Below are positions 25,918-38,899 of a stretch of DNA of 64,000 bases, one piece after another; position 1 is the first letter of the stretch; every line of letters begins with the position of its first letter. The notes under the pieces were generated by a model, which was not told where the DNA came from, did no database searches, and saw only the letters and a program-made list of their open reading frames with translations. This DNA is from Azolla caroliniana (taxonomy: Eukaryota > Plantae > Polypodiophyta): assembly GCA_043228905.1 (NCBI GenBank), contig JBHGNT010000014.1, positions 20,832,001 through 20,896,000 on the forward strand, given 5' to 3'. The translations under genes and the position numbers were made by a program.

Positions 25918-27486
25918 TTAAGTGGGAGTTTTTATGGATTTATATTTAGTTTTGACGAGAAGGGAATGAATGGACTTAGACTTAGTCCAACATATGAAGG
26001 GTCGCGGTAGTTCGGATAGTTGGGGATGTGTGGCTAAATCTGTGTGGAGGTTTTCTAGCATGTCGTGAATTCCTAATCTAGGGGTATCTTTCGTATACCT
26101 AAGTTTGAAGATGACAGGTATAAGGGTACTTTTAGGTTTTCTACTAAATACTAGTGATTTCCTAGCGTTAAATGGCACCTTTTTATAATTCTCTAATATA
26201 AAAGAAAGGGGATACCCTCTCTTAACTAATCTACTAAAAAATAGTTTTTTCATTCGAAGGAAACCTAAGGGGGTACTTTCTCTAATTAGGTATCGTTTTA
26301 GTTCATTAATAATAAAATGACGTTTTAAGTGAAGGGGGTGAACTGACGAGAATGAGAGATATTGGTAGGCATTTTGGGGCTTTTGGTAGCAATTAAAGGA
26401 GAAATGTGAATTCTTTAGGTTAATCCATAAATCTAAGAACGGTAATCTAAAGGGAGAAGTGGTGATGGTAATTTTGATGCAATTATTAGTGGAGGTGTTA
26501 TAGAACTGGAGGTAATTTTCTAATTCGGGTTTAGTACCTGTCCATATCCCGAATGCATCATCTATATATCTAGTGAAATAAAAAAGATTAGGATGTGATG
26601 GCTGGGAGTTCTCTAAGTGAGCTAAGAATAGGCATGCATAAACTACAGAAAAATTACTACCCATGGCTGTACCCTTGACTTGTTGATAGATCATGTCATC
26701 AAAGGATAGAAAGTGATATTCTAATGTGAGTGCGCTAAGTGTATAGATAAGGTTAGTTTTAGAAGATGAAAAATGTGGGGTAATCATTTTTCGTAAAGCT
26801 TGGAGTCCTAACCTAGGGGGTATGCTGGGATATAGAGATTCAACATCAAAGGTGAAGATAAAGCTATTAGGGGGTGGGTTGAGATGTTCTAAAGTCTGGA
26901 CAAGGGAATGTGAGTCTTTCAAATATTGCTTTTGAAGGAGAAGGATAGGCATGAGTTGGTGGTGAAGCCATTTTGATGTTTGTTCAAAAAGGGAGTTATT
27001 GTATGAGCAAATAGGTCTAAAACCTATTGGGTTTTTATGGAGTTTTGGGAGGAAATAGATATTGCATACTTTGTACCCTTTTGAGGGTTTATGTAGTATG
27101 TAATTGGCTTCTATGTTGGATAGGGTACCAAGATGGTTATTAACAATGTTTTTCAATCTATAGGATAATTCCTCAAGTGGATAGTGGGAGACTTTTTTAT
27201 ATGTATTAGTATCAGAAAGGTGTTCTATAGCTTTGTGATAGTACGTGTCCTTATCAAGAACACACACTCCAACATTCTTGTCAGCAGGTAGGATTATGAT
27301 TTTGTTGTTTTTCTTAAGAGATTGTAAGGCTAGTGATAAGTGAGGTGCAATCCTAGTGGGTTTTAATTTGAGTGTATGAAGTGTGTCTCTAAAGATAGTT
27401 TGGTGTTTAGATATAATGTTTTCTAAGGGAGTGTACTTAGTAGGAGGTTGCCAACTAGGGTTAGGTAGCTTAAAGGGAGGGTTTCG
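25918..27486 (-). CDS. PLE reverse transcriptase (N-truncated, no C-terminal GIY-YIG)
   Basis: Frame open from the junction: NPSWQPP, ADKNVG, YFLPKLHK..GFRPI, FDVESLYPSI, GTAMGS, RYIDD, LPFLDL, YQKP..QYL..SVHP..FIINELKRY. Confidence 0.9.
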   Translation of the reverse strand, partial: RNPPFKLPNPSWQPPTKYTPLENIISKHQTIFRDTLHTLKLKPTRIAPHLSLALQSLKKNNKIIILPADKNVGVCVLDKDTYYHKAIEHLSDTNTYKKVSHYPLEELSYRLKNIVNNHLGTLSNIEANYILHKPSKGYKVCNIYFLPKLHKNPIGFRPICSYNNSLFEQTSKWLHHQLMPILLLQKQYLKDSHSLVQTLEHLNPPPNSFIFTFDVESLYPSIPPRLGLQALRKMITPHFSSSKTNLIYTLSALTLEYHFLSFDDMIYQQVKGTAMGSNFSVVYACLFLAHLENSQPSHPNLFYFTRYIDDAFGIWTGTKPELENYLQFYNTSTNNCIKITITTSPFRLPFLDLWINLKNSHFSFNCYQKPQNAYQYLSFSSVHPLHLKRHFIINELKRYLIRESTPLGFLRMKKLFFSRLVKRGYPLSFILENYKKVPFNARKSLVFSRKPKSTLIPVIFKLRYTKDTPRLGIHDMLENLHTDLATHPQLSELPRPFICWTKSKSIHSLLVKTKYKSIKTPT

Positions 27487-27488
27487 AC

Positions 27489-27614
27489 CTGTGTCTGTTT
27501 TCGACCTGTTAGGGTTTTCTTCTCAAGAGTAAATGTCTGCAACAGAGGTTCTCAACCCTCGCGCTCTGATACCATGTAAACGTGAGTGTTTGCGGAAGCG
27601 TAAAACAGAGAACA

Positions 27615-27683
<69 letters not shown>

Positions 27684-30534
27684 AGAACGTAATTTCAAAA
27701 TTATATCAAGACTCTGTATCCACACTGGGCTAAGTAGCACTATTTATACAAGTCCTCTTGGGACTGACAGAAGTACCATGTACTTCAATGCTCACACGAG
27801 CATCTGACACTTACTACGAGACTATAGCTACCTAGTAGTCTATCCTATACTAGGCTTCCGATTGGACTGCCGGTTACGGATTGCACCCAGCCTCCACTGC
27901 TTGCCGGTTCGGTTGCTCACCGTCATACCGATCCGTTTCGCCCGATCCGTCTCGCTTACCGGCTCCGGCTTATTCAGCCGATCCGGCTCCGGTTGAGCTT
28001 GCCGCTCAACAATAATGAATACTCAAATGGGGAGCGCTCTCCCTACCGAGAAGTTGGATCGAAACAACTTCGCATATTGGGAGTACAAGATGCACCAATA
28101 CCTTGTCAAACAAGGCTATTGGAGCTACATCAAAGGAGCGCATGAAGACCGACCCGCCGAAGCGGCTCCCGGATACACGACATGGGAGTAAGCCGCAAGC
28201 CGCGTGATGTATTGTTTGGCGACATGTGTTCACGACCACATGCTCGGTTATATTCGAGAAGCCAAGATGCTGAAGGAAGCGTGGGAAAATCTACAAAAGA
28301 TTTTCGCCGCCAACACGACCGCGAGGAAGCTTCAACTCCGCCAAGAGTTGAACAACATTCAACAAAAGGACATGTCCATCACGACATACACCATGAAGAT
28401 AAGGAGCTTTACGACTCGCTCGGCTTAATAAGCGTAAGTATAGATGATGATGAGATGGTGCAAATATGCCTCGGCGGCCTCGCACCACGGTTCGGCGCGA
28501 TGCGAACCGCCGTTCTAGCACGGGAGAAATCTCCCTCCTTCTTCGAGCTCCAATCAATGCTATTGGTCGAAGAAAACCACATGTGTACAAGGAGCAATGA
28601 GTCGGAAGGCCACATGCTCTACACGCACTCTAATGGAGGAAGAGGATGCGGACGAGCGAGAGGCCGATTCGGCCAAGGACAAGGCGGACGAGGTCCGACC
28701 TACGACAACAAATCCCAATTTCGGCCGCAAAATGGAGGCCAACGAGGAACCTTCGCAAGAAGGGGGAGCTTCCACTCCGGCCCGAGCCGTCAAAACGCAA
28801 CCGAATGCAGATATTGCGGAAAGCTCGGCCACCACGAAGAAGAGTGCCAAAAGAAGATGCGTGAATCAGCTTCCATAAGCCGACAACTCACGAATTACGC
28901 ACAACACTCCGACTACGAAGATCGTGGCGGAATGTATGCGCACAACTCCAACCGTGGCGGAATGTTCATGATGAAACATTGAGCAAACTCTATGTCGGCC
29001 GCTACCTCAACTAGTGCCTCCGGTCCGGAAGGCGTATGGTTCGTCGATTCTGGTGCCTCGAACCATATGACATCGCATCAAGAATGGTTCCGAGAACTTC
29101 AAAAGCCGGAACGACCCGGCTTTGTCGAAACCGGAGACGACACTACGCACCCGATTCGGCACATTGGCAATGTTCCGTTCGGAAAAGAAGGTAAGCAAAA
29201 TTACATTAAAAATGTCTTGCATGTACCTACCATTACGAAGAATTTGGTCTCCGTCAGCCAAATTGTAGAGCAAGGGATGCAAGTTCGATTTAATCAAGGC
29301 GGTTGCTTCATCGAAAAAGAGGGCCGACTCATCGCACGCGGACGAAGAGAGGGCCGGATGTTTATTCTTGATTCACGCGAGATGAAATCCGCCATGTTCG
29401 CGAACAACACGAAAGCCGACTCCGACATAGAGTTATGGCACAAGCGAATCGGCCACATCAATCTCAACAAACTCAAAGGAATGAAATCGAAAGGAGTCGT
29501 CATCGGACTCCCGACATTCAAAGAGAAGGAGATTGAAGGTGCATGCGAAGCGTGCCAATTCGGCAAGCAACACCGACACCCATTCCCGAAAGAGCGGAAC
29601 GTGAGCAAATGTCTACTCGACGTAGTCCGTTCCGACGTATGGGGACCGGCGTAGACGGCTACATTCGGCGGATGCCGATATTACGTGCTCTTCATCGACG
29701 ACTTCTCTAGGCACACTTGGATCTACCCGATGCGGCAAAAGAGCGAAGTGTTCGGACACTTCCAAAATTTCAAGAATGAAGTCGAGAAAGCCACGGCCCG
29801 ACATGTACGATGCCTTCGATCGGATGGCGGCAAGGAGTATGTTGAGAGACAAGCTCAACATCGGCCGGATCGGCTGAAGAAGCCGAGGACCGGATCGGTT
29901 GGGACTGATCGGTTAGGCCGAATGCGTAAACCGGTACGCAGACCGGTGCGTAGGTAGGACCGGATCGGTGCGTAAACCGGGAGGCCATTAGGAAAGATAT
30001 TCCGTGAGGAATATATTTGGGAGTTAGTGTAGGAGCTCTTACTGAGCATTGAAGTACTGTCAGTACTTCGGTCAGTCCTTCTAGGACTTGTATAAAAGTG
30101 TTCATTGAACACACATATGTATAGAGTGTGGTGAATAGAGATTGAGTACTTTTGTTGAATATAGTTCTTGTCTTCTCTCTCTCTCTCACTCTCTCTGTCT
30201 CTCCCGCGTATACTGCGTAAGCTCAAGCTCTCCATTAAACCTGAGTTTTCTTCCTTCTGTTCGGTCTTCATACTTGCTTCCGCACGTTACTTTTTACATG
30301 GTATCAGAGCGCGAGGGTTGAGAACCTCTCTGCAGCCGACACAACTTGACGAAGAAGAACAAGAAGAACGATGGATAGAGGCATGGCGAGCTCGCTTCCA
30401 ACAGAGAAGCTCAACAGAACCAACTACGCGTCTTGGTCCTACAAGATGCACTAGTACCTACTCGGGCACGACTACTGGAGCTATGTCGAAGGAGCTAATG
30501 ACGTGGCACCCGAATCGACACATAGAGACTTACC
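27489..30534 (+). repeat. Copy 2 of the 3.0-kb direct duplication
   Basis: See copy 1; continues seamlessly into D gag at 30535. Confidence 0.95.
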
Positions 30535-33500
30535 GTCGTGGGAGCAATCGGCGAGCAGGGTATTATACTGCTTCGCATCGTGTGTGGGCGAACAACTATT
30601 GAGCTATGTTCGGGATGCAAAGACGCCGAAGGGTGCGTGGGAAAATCTGAAGAAGATTTTCGCCGCGAGCACCACAGCCATGAAGCTTCAGCTCCGACAA
30701 GAGTTGAGCAACCTACGACAACGCGACTTCTCGATGGCGGATTATACCTCGAAGATCAAGGATATTTGCGACTCCCTCGCCTCCATTGAGGTGAACATCG
30801 AGGAGAGCGAGATGGTCCAGATTTGTCTCGGAGGTTTGGCGTCGAAGTTCGGAGCGTTCCGAACGGCTGTGTGTACCCAGGAGAATACGCCGTCCTTTTT
30901 CGACTTACAGTCAATGCTCCTGGTAGAGGAGAACCACACGGGTGCGTCTACAAGCACGCACACCGACAACAGAATGTTGTACACGGAGGGAGATAGGCCC
31001 CGTGGACGTGGAGGACGAGGTGAGTTGGCGCGCAATGGAGGCGGCCGACGAGATCAAGGAAGAAGGCACCGAAGTGATGCCGACAGCAACTCCGGACCCT
31101 CCAGAAACAGGGGGAGTCGAAGCGATGAGAACCGGCAAGGGAAGGCCATCGCGGAGTGCTGGTACTGTGGCAAGAAAGGCCACAGGGAAAGTGAGTGCTG
31201 GAAGAAGTGCGCTGATTCGGAGAGAACCGGTTCCGGACATATCGACAAGGGAAATTGGCAGCGATCGCACTACGCCGAAGACTCCGGGAGAGCCGGAGAA
31301 GGGTCTACCTTCGTGATGAGACACGAAGCAAACTCAATGAAACAGACCACCCTAAGATCGGACAAGGTGTGGTACGTAGACTCCGGCGCGTCAAACCACA
31401 TGACGAGCCATAAGGAGTGGTTCTCGTACCTTGAAAAACCGATACAACCTGGAGTAGTCGCAACTAGAGACGACACTCCACATCCGATCGCGAATGTCGA
31501 AGAAGTTTTCCTTAGCCATGTTGGGCAGAAAGGGAAACTCATGAACATATTGCACGTTCCGACAATCACGAAGAACTTGGTCTTGGTCGGACAGATCGTC
31601 GACCAAGGGATGGAGGTTCGGTTTACACACCTCGGGTGCTTCATTGAGGAAGAAGGTCGTGTGATTGCGCAAGGGCGCAGAGACGGGAGGATGTTCATCC
31701 TCGACTCCACTGACGGCGGCACCGCAATGTTCGCGAAGGGACAAAAATCCGAGTCGGACATCGACTTGTGGCACAAGCGGATAGGCCACATCAACTACCA
31801 GCGGCTTTAAGACCTACAATCGAAACAAGTGGTGTTCGGATTGCCCAAATTTAGTGGCCGAAAGGCACAAATTTGTGAAGCCTGCCAGCTCGGGAAGCAA
31901 CACTGACTTCCTTTCCCCAACGAGCGAAATCGGAGCCGGAACAAGCTCGACCTTATACACTCCGATGTATGCGGGCCTGCACAAAATGTTAGTCTTGGTG
32001 GGAGCCGATATTTCGTCTCCTTCATCGACGACCACACGCAACACACGCGGATCTACCTCATTGAGAGGAAGAGCGAAGTCTTCGACTTTTTCCGGGATCT
32101 CGTCACGTCAAAATCGGACTCTTCCTTGTTCATCCGGAAAGGTCGAGTAGGACCGGTTAGTATTTTACTATATGTTGATGACTTGGTCATCACCGGCGCC
32201 GACCTAGGTGAAATCGACCGCGTGAAGCTCCAGCTTGCGGAATCGTTCGACATGAAGGATCTGGGGGACCTTCATTACTTCCTCAGGATCGAAGTGATCC
32301 GTACCCTCGAAGGCATATTGATCAACCAACGTCATTACATGTTGAGTATGCTCTTCAAATTCGGGATGACCGACTGTAAGTCCGTCTCGACTCCTCTGGA
32401 CAGAACTGTCAAGCTTCGTCCCGATACGGGTAAGGTATGTGACCCGACGAGGTTCCGACAAATTGTCGGAAGCCTCATATACTTGACCATCAGCCGACCC
32501 GACCTCAGTTATCTGGTCGAAGTGATCAGTCAGTTCATGGCGCGACCTACCGAGGAATACCTCCAGTGTGCGCAACGCATACTTCGGTATGTGAACGACA
32601 CTAAGGACCGGGGACTGCTATATCGGACCGGTGCAACTGCGCAGTTAGTCGGCTACACCGATGCTGATTGGGCTGGCAACGCCGCCGATCCATGTCCGGA
32701 TACGCGTTCTCCCTCGGGAGTGCCACGATCGCGTGGAGCAGTAAGAAGCAGCCGACAGTTGCACTGTCGAGCACCGACGCTGAGTACCGACGAGCGGCTG
32801 TCGCAACATGCGAAGCCATATGGTTGAAGCGGCTACTTAAGGACCTGCAAGAGGAGGTGTCAGATCCGACGACAATCTACTGCGACAACCTCAGCAGCAT
32901 CTAGCTCGCGAAAAACCCCGTTTTCCACGCACGGACTAAGCACATTGAGGTGCACTACCATTTCGTCCGTGAGTGTATCGTTTCTGCTGAGGTCGAACTT
33001 TAGTACGTTCCGACGGATCGGCAGACTGCCGACATCTTCACCAAGCCTCTTGGTCTGGACAAGTTGCGGCAATTCTCAGGTGCACTCGTATTCCGTCACC
33101 TCGACGTGCCAAACTTGAGGGGGAGAACAGTCCCGAACGACCAAGCAAGGCAGCAGGAAAGGAGCAGAGACCGCGACACCGAGTCGGTTGGCTCGGTTGT
33201 CGAGTACGACTTCGGATCGGTTGAAGAAGCCGAGGGCGGACCCGCGGAAAAGTCCGGAAGCGGACAGAAGGGGAGCAGCCGAAGGAGAGAGCCGAAGCCA
33301 ACCACGCATGGGGAAGATGACGCCATCGAGGGGGAGAAGACCGAAGACAAGTTGAAGACAGCCAACTCGGACGAGAGCGAAAACCGATCGGAGGTAGCCG
33401 AGTTGGTTCAGATGTTTGATTCAGATACGTTGAATCAACCGAGGCCCAAGCGGAAGAAAAGGCAACAGGAGAAGCGTCAACACCACAACAACAGAAGAGC

Positions 33501-36500
33501 TGATAAGGGCCACATGAGCAGACAAGCCGACCGGAAGGGTCGAAGCGCGCGGAGTCAAACATGTCATGGAGCGCGAGCGAGGCGTGAAGCCAGGAGGAAC
33601 CGGAGCTGTGAGCCCAAAGATCCCGAAGAGCCTCAAGTTGAGCTTGAGGGGGAGTGTTGAGAGACAAGCTCAACATCGGCCGGATCGGCTGAAGAAGTCG
33701 AGGACCGGATCGGTTGGGACCGAACGGTTAGGCCGAATGCGTAAACCGGTACGCAGACCGGTGCGTAAACCGGGAGGTCGTTAGGAAAGATATTCCGTGA
33801 GGAATATATTTGGGAGTTAGTGTAGGAGCTCTTAATGAGCATTGAAGTATTGTCAGTACTTCGGTCAGTCCTTCTAGGACTTGTATAAAAGTGTTCATTG
33901 AACACCCATATGTATAGAGTGTGGTGAATAGAGATTGAGTACTTTTGTTGAATATAGTTCTTGTCTTCTCTCTCTCTCTCTCTCACTCTCTCTGTCTCTC
34001 CCGCATATACTACGTAAGCTCAAGCTCTCCATTAAACCTGAGCTTTCTTCCTTCTGTTCGGTCTTCATACTTGCTTCCGCACGTTACTTTTTACAGAGTG
34101 CTTCTCAGACGATTTCACGGCGTTCCTCCGAAAGGAAGGAATTCGGCGAGAATTCACTTGCCGACACACTCCGCAACAAAACGGAGTAGCCGAGCACAAA
34201 AATCGGCACATCCTCGAAGTAGCACGGGCCATGATGAACGAAAAGCATATGCCCAAGTCATATTGGGCCGAAGTTGCAAATACTGTCGTCTACCTAATGA
34301 ACCGGTGCACAACATCCGGCGTGCACGAGGTCACTCCGCACGAAAAATACTTCAGAAGGAAGCCGGATTTATCGCACATACGGATATTCGGCGCGATAGC
34401 GTACGTGCACATCCTCGATGAGAAGCGTCAAAAGCTTGACCCGAAGTCGGAGAATAGTATCCTCATAGGATACTCACTAGAGCAAAAGGGGTACAAGTGC
34501 TACAACCCCTCAACTCAAAAATCTCGAGTAAGTCGAGACGTCGTTTTTTACGAGTCCGCATCCTGGTACGCACCAGAGACAACTTCGCCTCCGACTCCGC
34601 TCGACCCGGAATCGGCCGAACAAGAGATCGAGGATGAAGATCGCCCTACGCGCATGATCAAAGAAAGTCCGATCACGACCTGATTGAGCGGACCACAAGA
34701 GCCTTTGAGCGATCAAAGAACATCATGGCCTAGCCCGAAGATGGACAAAGGCAAGGCGAAAATGGCGGAATATGAAGATGATCGCTTCGACGACGATGAA
34801 TCGACTCACTCACTCGACAGTGAGTTCGGCGGTTTCGAGGTACCAATCGGAGCTAAGAAAGCCCTCATCTCTGCAAATGAAAAGCTCTGCCGATCCACTC
34901 GTGAAAAGAACCCCGTAAGCAGATTCGGTTAGAACGAGTATATGGCGTACCATTACACCTTTATGATGAAGGTAGCGACAGTACAGGAGCCGAAAACCTT
35001 TTCGGAAGCCGCGAAGGAACTGCGATGGATCGAAGCAATGAATGAGGAGATGCAGGCACTACGGAAGAACGAGACATGGGATCTCGTTCCCACCTCTCCA
35101 CACAAAAAGGCGATCGGATGCAGATGGATCTACAAGGTGAAGTATAACGTCGATGGTTCTGTAAACCGCTACAAAGCTCAACTCGTAGTGAAAGGATACA
35201 CTCAGACGCATGGCATCGACTACGAAGAGACCTTTGCCCCGGTGGCAAAGATGACGACGGTGCGGACCGTAATTGCGATTGCCGCGGCGAAAGGGTGGCA
35301 CCTCCATCAGATGGACGTCAAGAACGCCTTTCTACAAGGCGAATTAGAAGAGGAGGTGTACATGATCCAACCACCCGGCTTCAACTCGAGCACCCACCCA
35401 AAAGCTATTTGCCGACTCAAGAAGCCACTGTACGGCCTCAAGCAAGCACCGCGTGCTTGGCATTCGAAGATAACGCAATATCTTCATCAAATCGGCTTCC
35501 GTATGTCAAAATAGGACAACTCATTCTACATACGAAGCGATTCTGCAAGTCCGATCATCACCTTCTTATATGTGGATGACCTAGTCATTGGAGGTGAGCA
35601 TCTCGTCGAAATCAATAAGGTCAAATCCCTCCTTTCCGACAAGTTCGAGATGACGGACATGCAGGAGCTCCACTGCTTCCTCGGCATCGAGGTAATTCAG
35701 ACTCCGGCCGGAATCATGATCTCTCAACGGCACTACATCCTCAACTTACTGTACAAGTTCAGGATGGCTGAGTGCAAATCCGTGGCAACCCTGCTCAAAC
35801 ATAATCTCAAAACTAGATGCGAACTCCGGCACCAAAGCATGTGAGGCGACTTAGTATCGGCAATTGTAAAAGATTGCTTACGGAAGCATTAGAAAGAACA
35901 ATACACAAAGAGAGAGAGAGAGAGAGAGAGCAGGACACACTATTCTTCAAAATTATATGAATACTCTGTGCTCTGTTTTTTTCTACAACGCGCTCATCAG
36001 CGCTATTTATACAAGTCCACATGGGACTATTAGAAGTATGGTGTACTTCAATGCTCACACGAGCATCTGACACTAACTACGAGACTATAACTGCCTAGTA
36101 GTCTAACCTATACTAGGCTTCCGGTTACGGATTGGATCCGGCATACTAGCTCCCCAGCTCACCGGTCCTTACTACTTATCGGCTCGGTTGCTCACCAGCA
36201 TACCGATTCATCTTGCTTACCGGCTCAGGCTTATTCAGCCAATCCAGCTCCGGTTGAGCTTGCCGCTCAACACTCCCCCTCAAACTCAACCTCAGGTAGG
36301 GTCGTAGTGTCAACCTCTGTGGCAGCCGGTTCTTCCAACCGACTTCTCTTGGCGTCGCTTCGCCTTGCTCGCGCTCCTTGTCCAGTCCGGTCCCGTTTGC
36401 CGCGACCCCTTTAGTTCTGCGTGCCTCGACCTTTGGCATGTCTGCTCAATAGGCCCATCTCAGCTCCTTCGCTGCTATGACTCCGGCGCTTGCCGATCCG

Positions 36501-38804
36501 TTGGTTCCTCCGCGATGGCATCGACTTCCGCTGCGTTTGTGTCTCCTTGGCCTCTCGTTGATCCAACTCATCCGGATCTGTCTGTTGATCCGAATCGGCT
36601 GTCTTCGACTCGTTCCAGCTCTTGTCCGAATCGGTATCCTCCGATTCGATTTTCGGCTTCAGGCCTCTCACCACATCGGACCACGTCCGGGTCTTGGCCT
36701 TCTCCGTGCTTCCCTTGGCTTCTTTAGCTGGTTCACCGAAGTCGAATTCTTCATTCGATTCCGCATCATGGCCATTACGATCGTGATGACCTCCGCATAG
36801 CATGCACTTCTCTTCCTGAGTGTACACTTCTTCTTCACAGCCGCTCACTCCGACCTGTTTGGATGTGCCGACTTCCTTCGTCGACTCGGCTTCATTTTTC
36901 TTCTTGTCTCCACCTCTACCGGTTCTTCTCTTACCTACGGGTTCAACAGTTTTTTTGCCTTTGCCTGTTTCGGTAGTGTCTTTGCCCTTGCGTCTCCCCC
37001 TCAAGTGCGGCACGTCGAGATGTTGAACACCAAGCATTTCGGTAAAGTGTTGCAACTTGTCCAACCCGAGCGGCTTGGTGAAGATGTCGGCAACTTGCCG
37101 ATCCGTGTTAACATACTGTAGTTCAACTTTACCGCTCAAGACCCGCTCACGCACGAAGTGATAATACAGTTCTATGTGCTTTGTGCGAGCATGGAACAAA
37201 GGGTTCTTGGCGAGCTGCATGCTGCTGAGGTTATCACAGTAGATCAGGATCGGGGTCGGTACCTCGATCCGCAGGTCTTGCAGTAGTCGCCGAAGCCAAA
37301 TGGCTTCGCAGGTGGCAACGGTCGCGCCCCAGTATTCAACCTCAGTGCTGGATAGAGCCACTGTTGGCTGCTTTTTGATGCTCCACGAAACAGTCGCGCT
37401 TCCAAGAGAAAACATAAAGCCGGAAGTTGAGTGACGATCCGTTGCATTGCCAGCCCAGTCTGCATCTGTGTAGCCGACAAGCTCTTCGGTTATACCTTGT
37501 CGGTATAAGAGCCCCCAGTCCTTAGTCCCGCTTACATACCTCAATATTCGTTGCGTGCACTGAAGGTGCTCCACGGTCGGCTTATGCATGAATTGGCTTA
37601 CCACTCCGACCGGATAGCTAATGTCGGGTCGGGTGATGGTCAAGTAAATCAGGCTTCCGAGTATTTGTCGGAACCGTTTCTCATCGTAGGTTGGTCCGGA
37701 GTTGGGACGAATCTTCTGATTTCGGTCCAAGGGTGTGGAGACAAGTCGGCATTCCGTCATGCCGAACTTGTACAGTATATTCAACACATAATGGCGTTGA
37801 GAAAGCAATATGCCGTCGGGGGTGCAGATCACCTCGATCCCCAAAAAATAATGAAGGTCCCCCAAGTCCTTCATATCGAATGCGTCCGACAACTGGGACT
37901 TGACGCGGTTGATTTCCGGATGACCTGGGCCGGTGATGACTAAATCATCAACATAGAGTAAGATACATACTGAACCGTTTGAGCCTTGACGGATGAACAA
38001 GGAAGAGTCCGACTTAGAGGCAACAAACCCCATCTTTCGCAACCGGTGCGTGATCTTAGCATTCCAAGCACGGGGGGCTTGCTTCAAGCCGTACAACGAC
38101 TTCCTCAGCCGGCATACCGCCGACTTGTTCACCTCCGACTGAAATCCGGGGGGCTGAGTCATAAAGACTTCTTCTTCAAGATATCCTTGAAGGAAGGCAT
38201 TCTTCACATACATCTGATGAAAATGCCACCCCCTTGCCACAGCAACCGCCAGTACCACACGAACCGTCGTCATCTTCGCTACAGGAGCGAAGGTCTCGTC
38301 ATAGTCAATTCCGTGGGTCTGCGCATATCCCTTCGCCACTTGTTAATCCTAGGGCCGGACAACAGCCTAACACAGAGTGTCCACTTAAGACACTTCACCA
38401 AAGGGTGGTACGACAGAATGACTTACGGCACAACGCTTAATTAGACCTTAATCGATTTCTTAGCAACACATCATTAACACGCGCAAGATACAACAATAAG
38501 CACAGAACGGTAATCAACATTGAAAGATTAAAGCAATAAGTTCTATTAATTATCCGCTCTCGATTACATTGTAATCGGGCCTTTATATAGGTCCCCGGTG
38601 CGAAATACAAAACGGTGCCAACCGGCACCTTTTCGGATTCGGCCCGGATCCGGATCGGCATACCAATTCCGGTCTGTCCGTCCACATCTACTCATATGTT
38701 ACTATATATTTTAAGACTACTAATTACAACAGTTCTCGAATAAACTATTCCTTTTCACACTCTAGTTTGGACCTCCTTAAGCCTTCTTGCCAGCCGATAA
38801 CACA

Positions 38805-38885
38805 TGGCACGCCCGTGGGACAGTACCTTGTACGTCGAACCCACTATCCGGCCCTTTTACGCTTTGTCCAAAATGTCTAGAATGC
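38805..38885 (-). other. tRNA-Arg-like module with encoded CCA at the PPT position of F
   Basis: ..TGGACAAAGCGT..GATAGTGGGTTCGA-CGTACAAGGTACT-GTCCCACGGGCGTGCCA-TG-[3' LTR]. Confidence 0.75.
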
Positions 38886-38899
38886 TTTGCTCCAAAATT

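Larger units (their letters stand above)
25401..27488 (-). mobile_element. 5'-truncated Penelope-like retroelement (PLE)
   Basis: AT-rich insert interrupting D gag; contains a PLE-type RT ORF and a 3' pseudo-LTR-like region with a TATA box and a hammerhead motif. Confidence 0.88.
24706..34095 (+). mobile_element. Ty1/copia element D (IN-to-RT deletion; 5' LTR duplicated)
   Basis: 5' LTR 24706-25164 (copy at 29840-30298), PBS tRNA-iMet, gag-PR ORF 30503-31810, jump from IN to RT at ~32100, PPT 33644-33654, 3' LTR 33655-34095, TSD GAGTA/GAGTG. Confidence 0.9.

Noticed and set aside
22459-28011. A separate LTR element formed by the identical LTRs at 22459 and 27575 carrying the PLE
   Set aside because: Identity extends beyond the LTRs on both sides and there is no TSD; it is part of the 3-kb duplication.
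38341-38821. F as a plus-strand element with its PBS at 38805
   Set aside because: All coding domains, the LTR TATA and a canonical PBS are on the minus strand.
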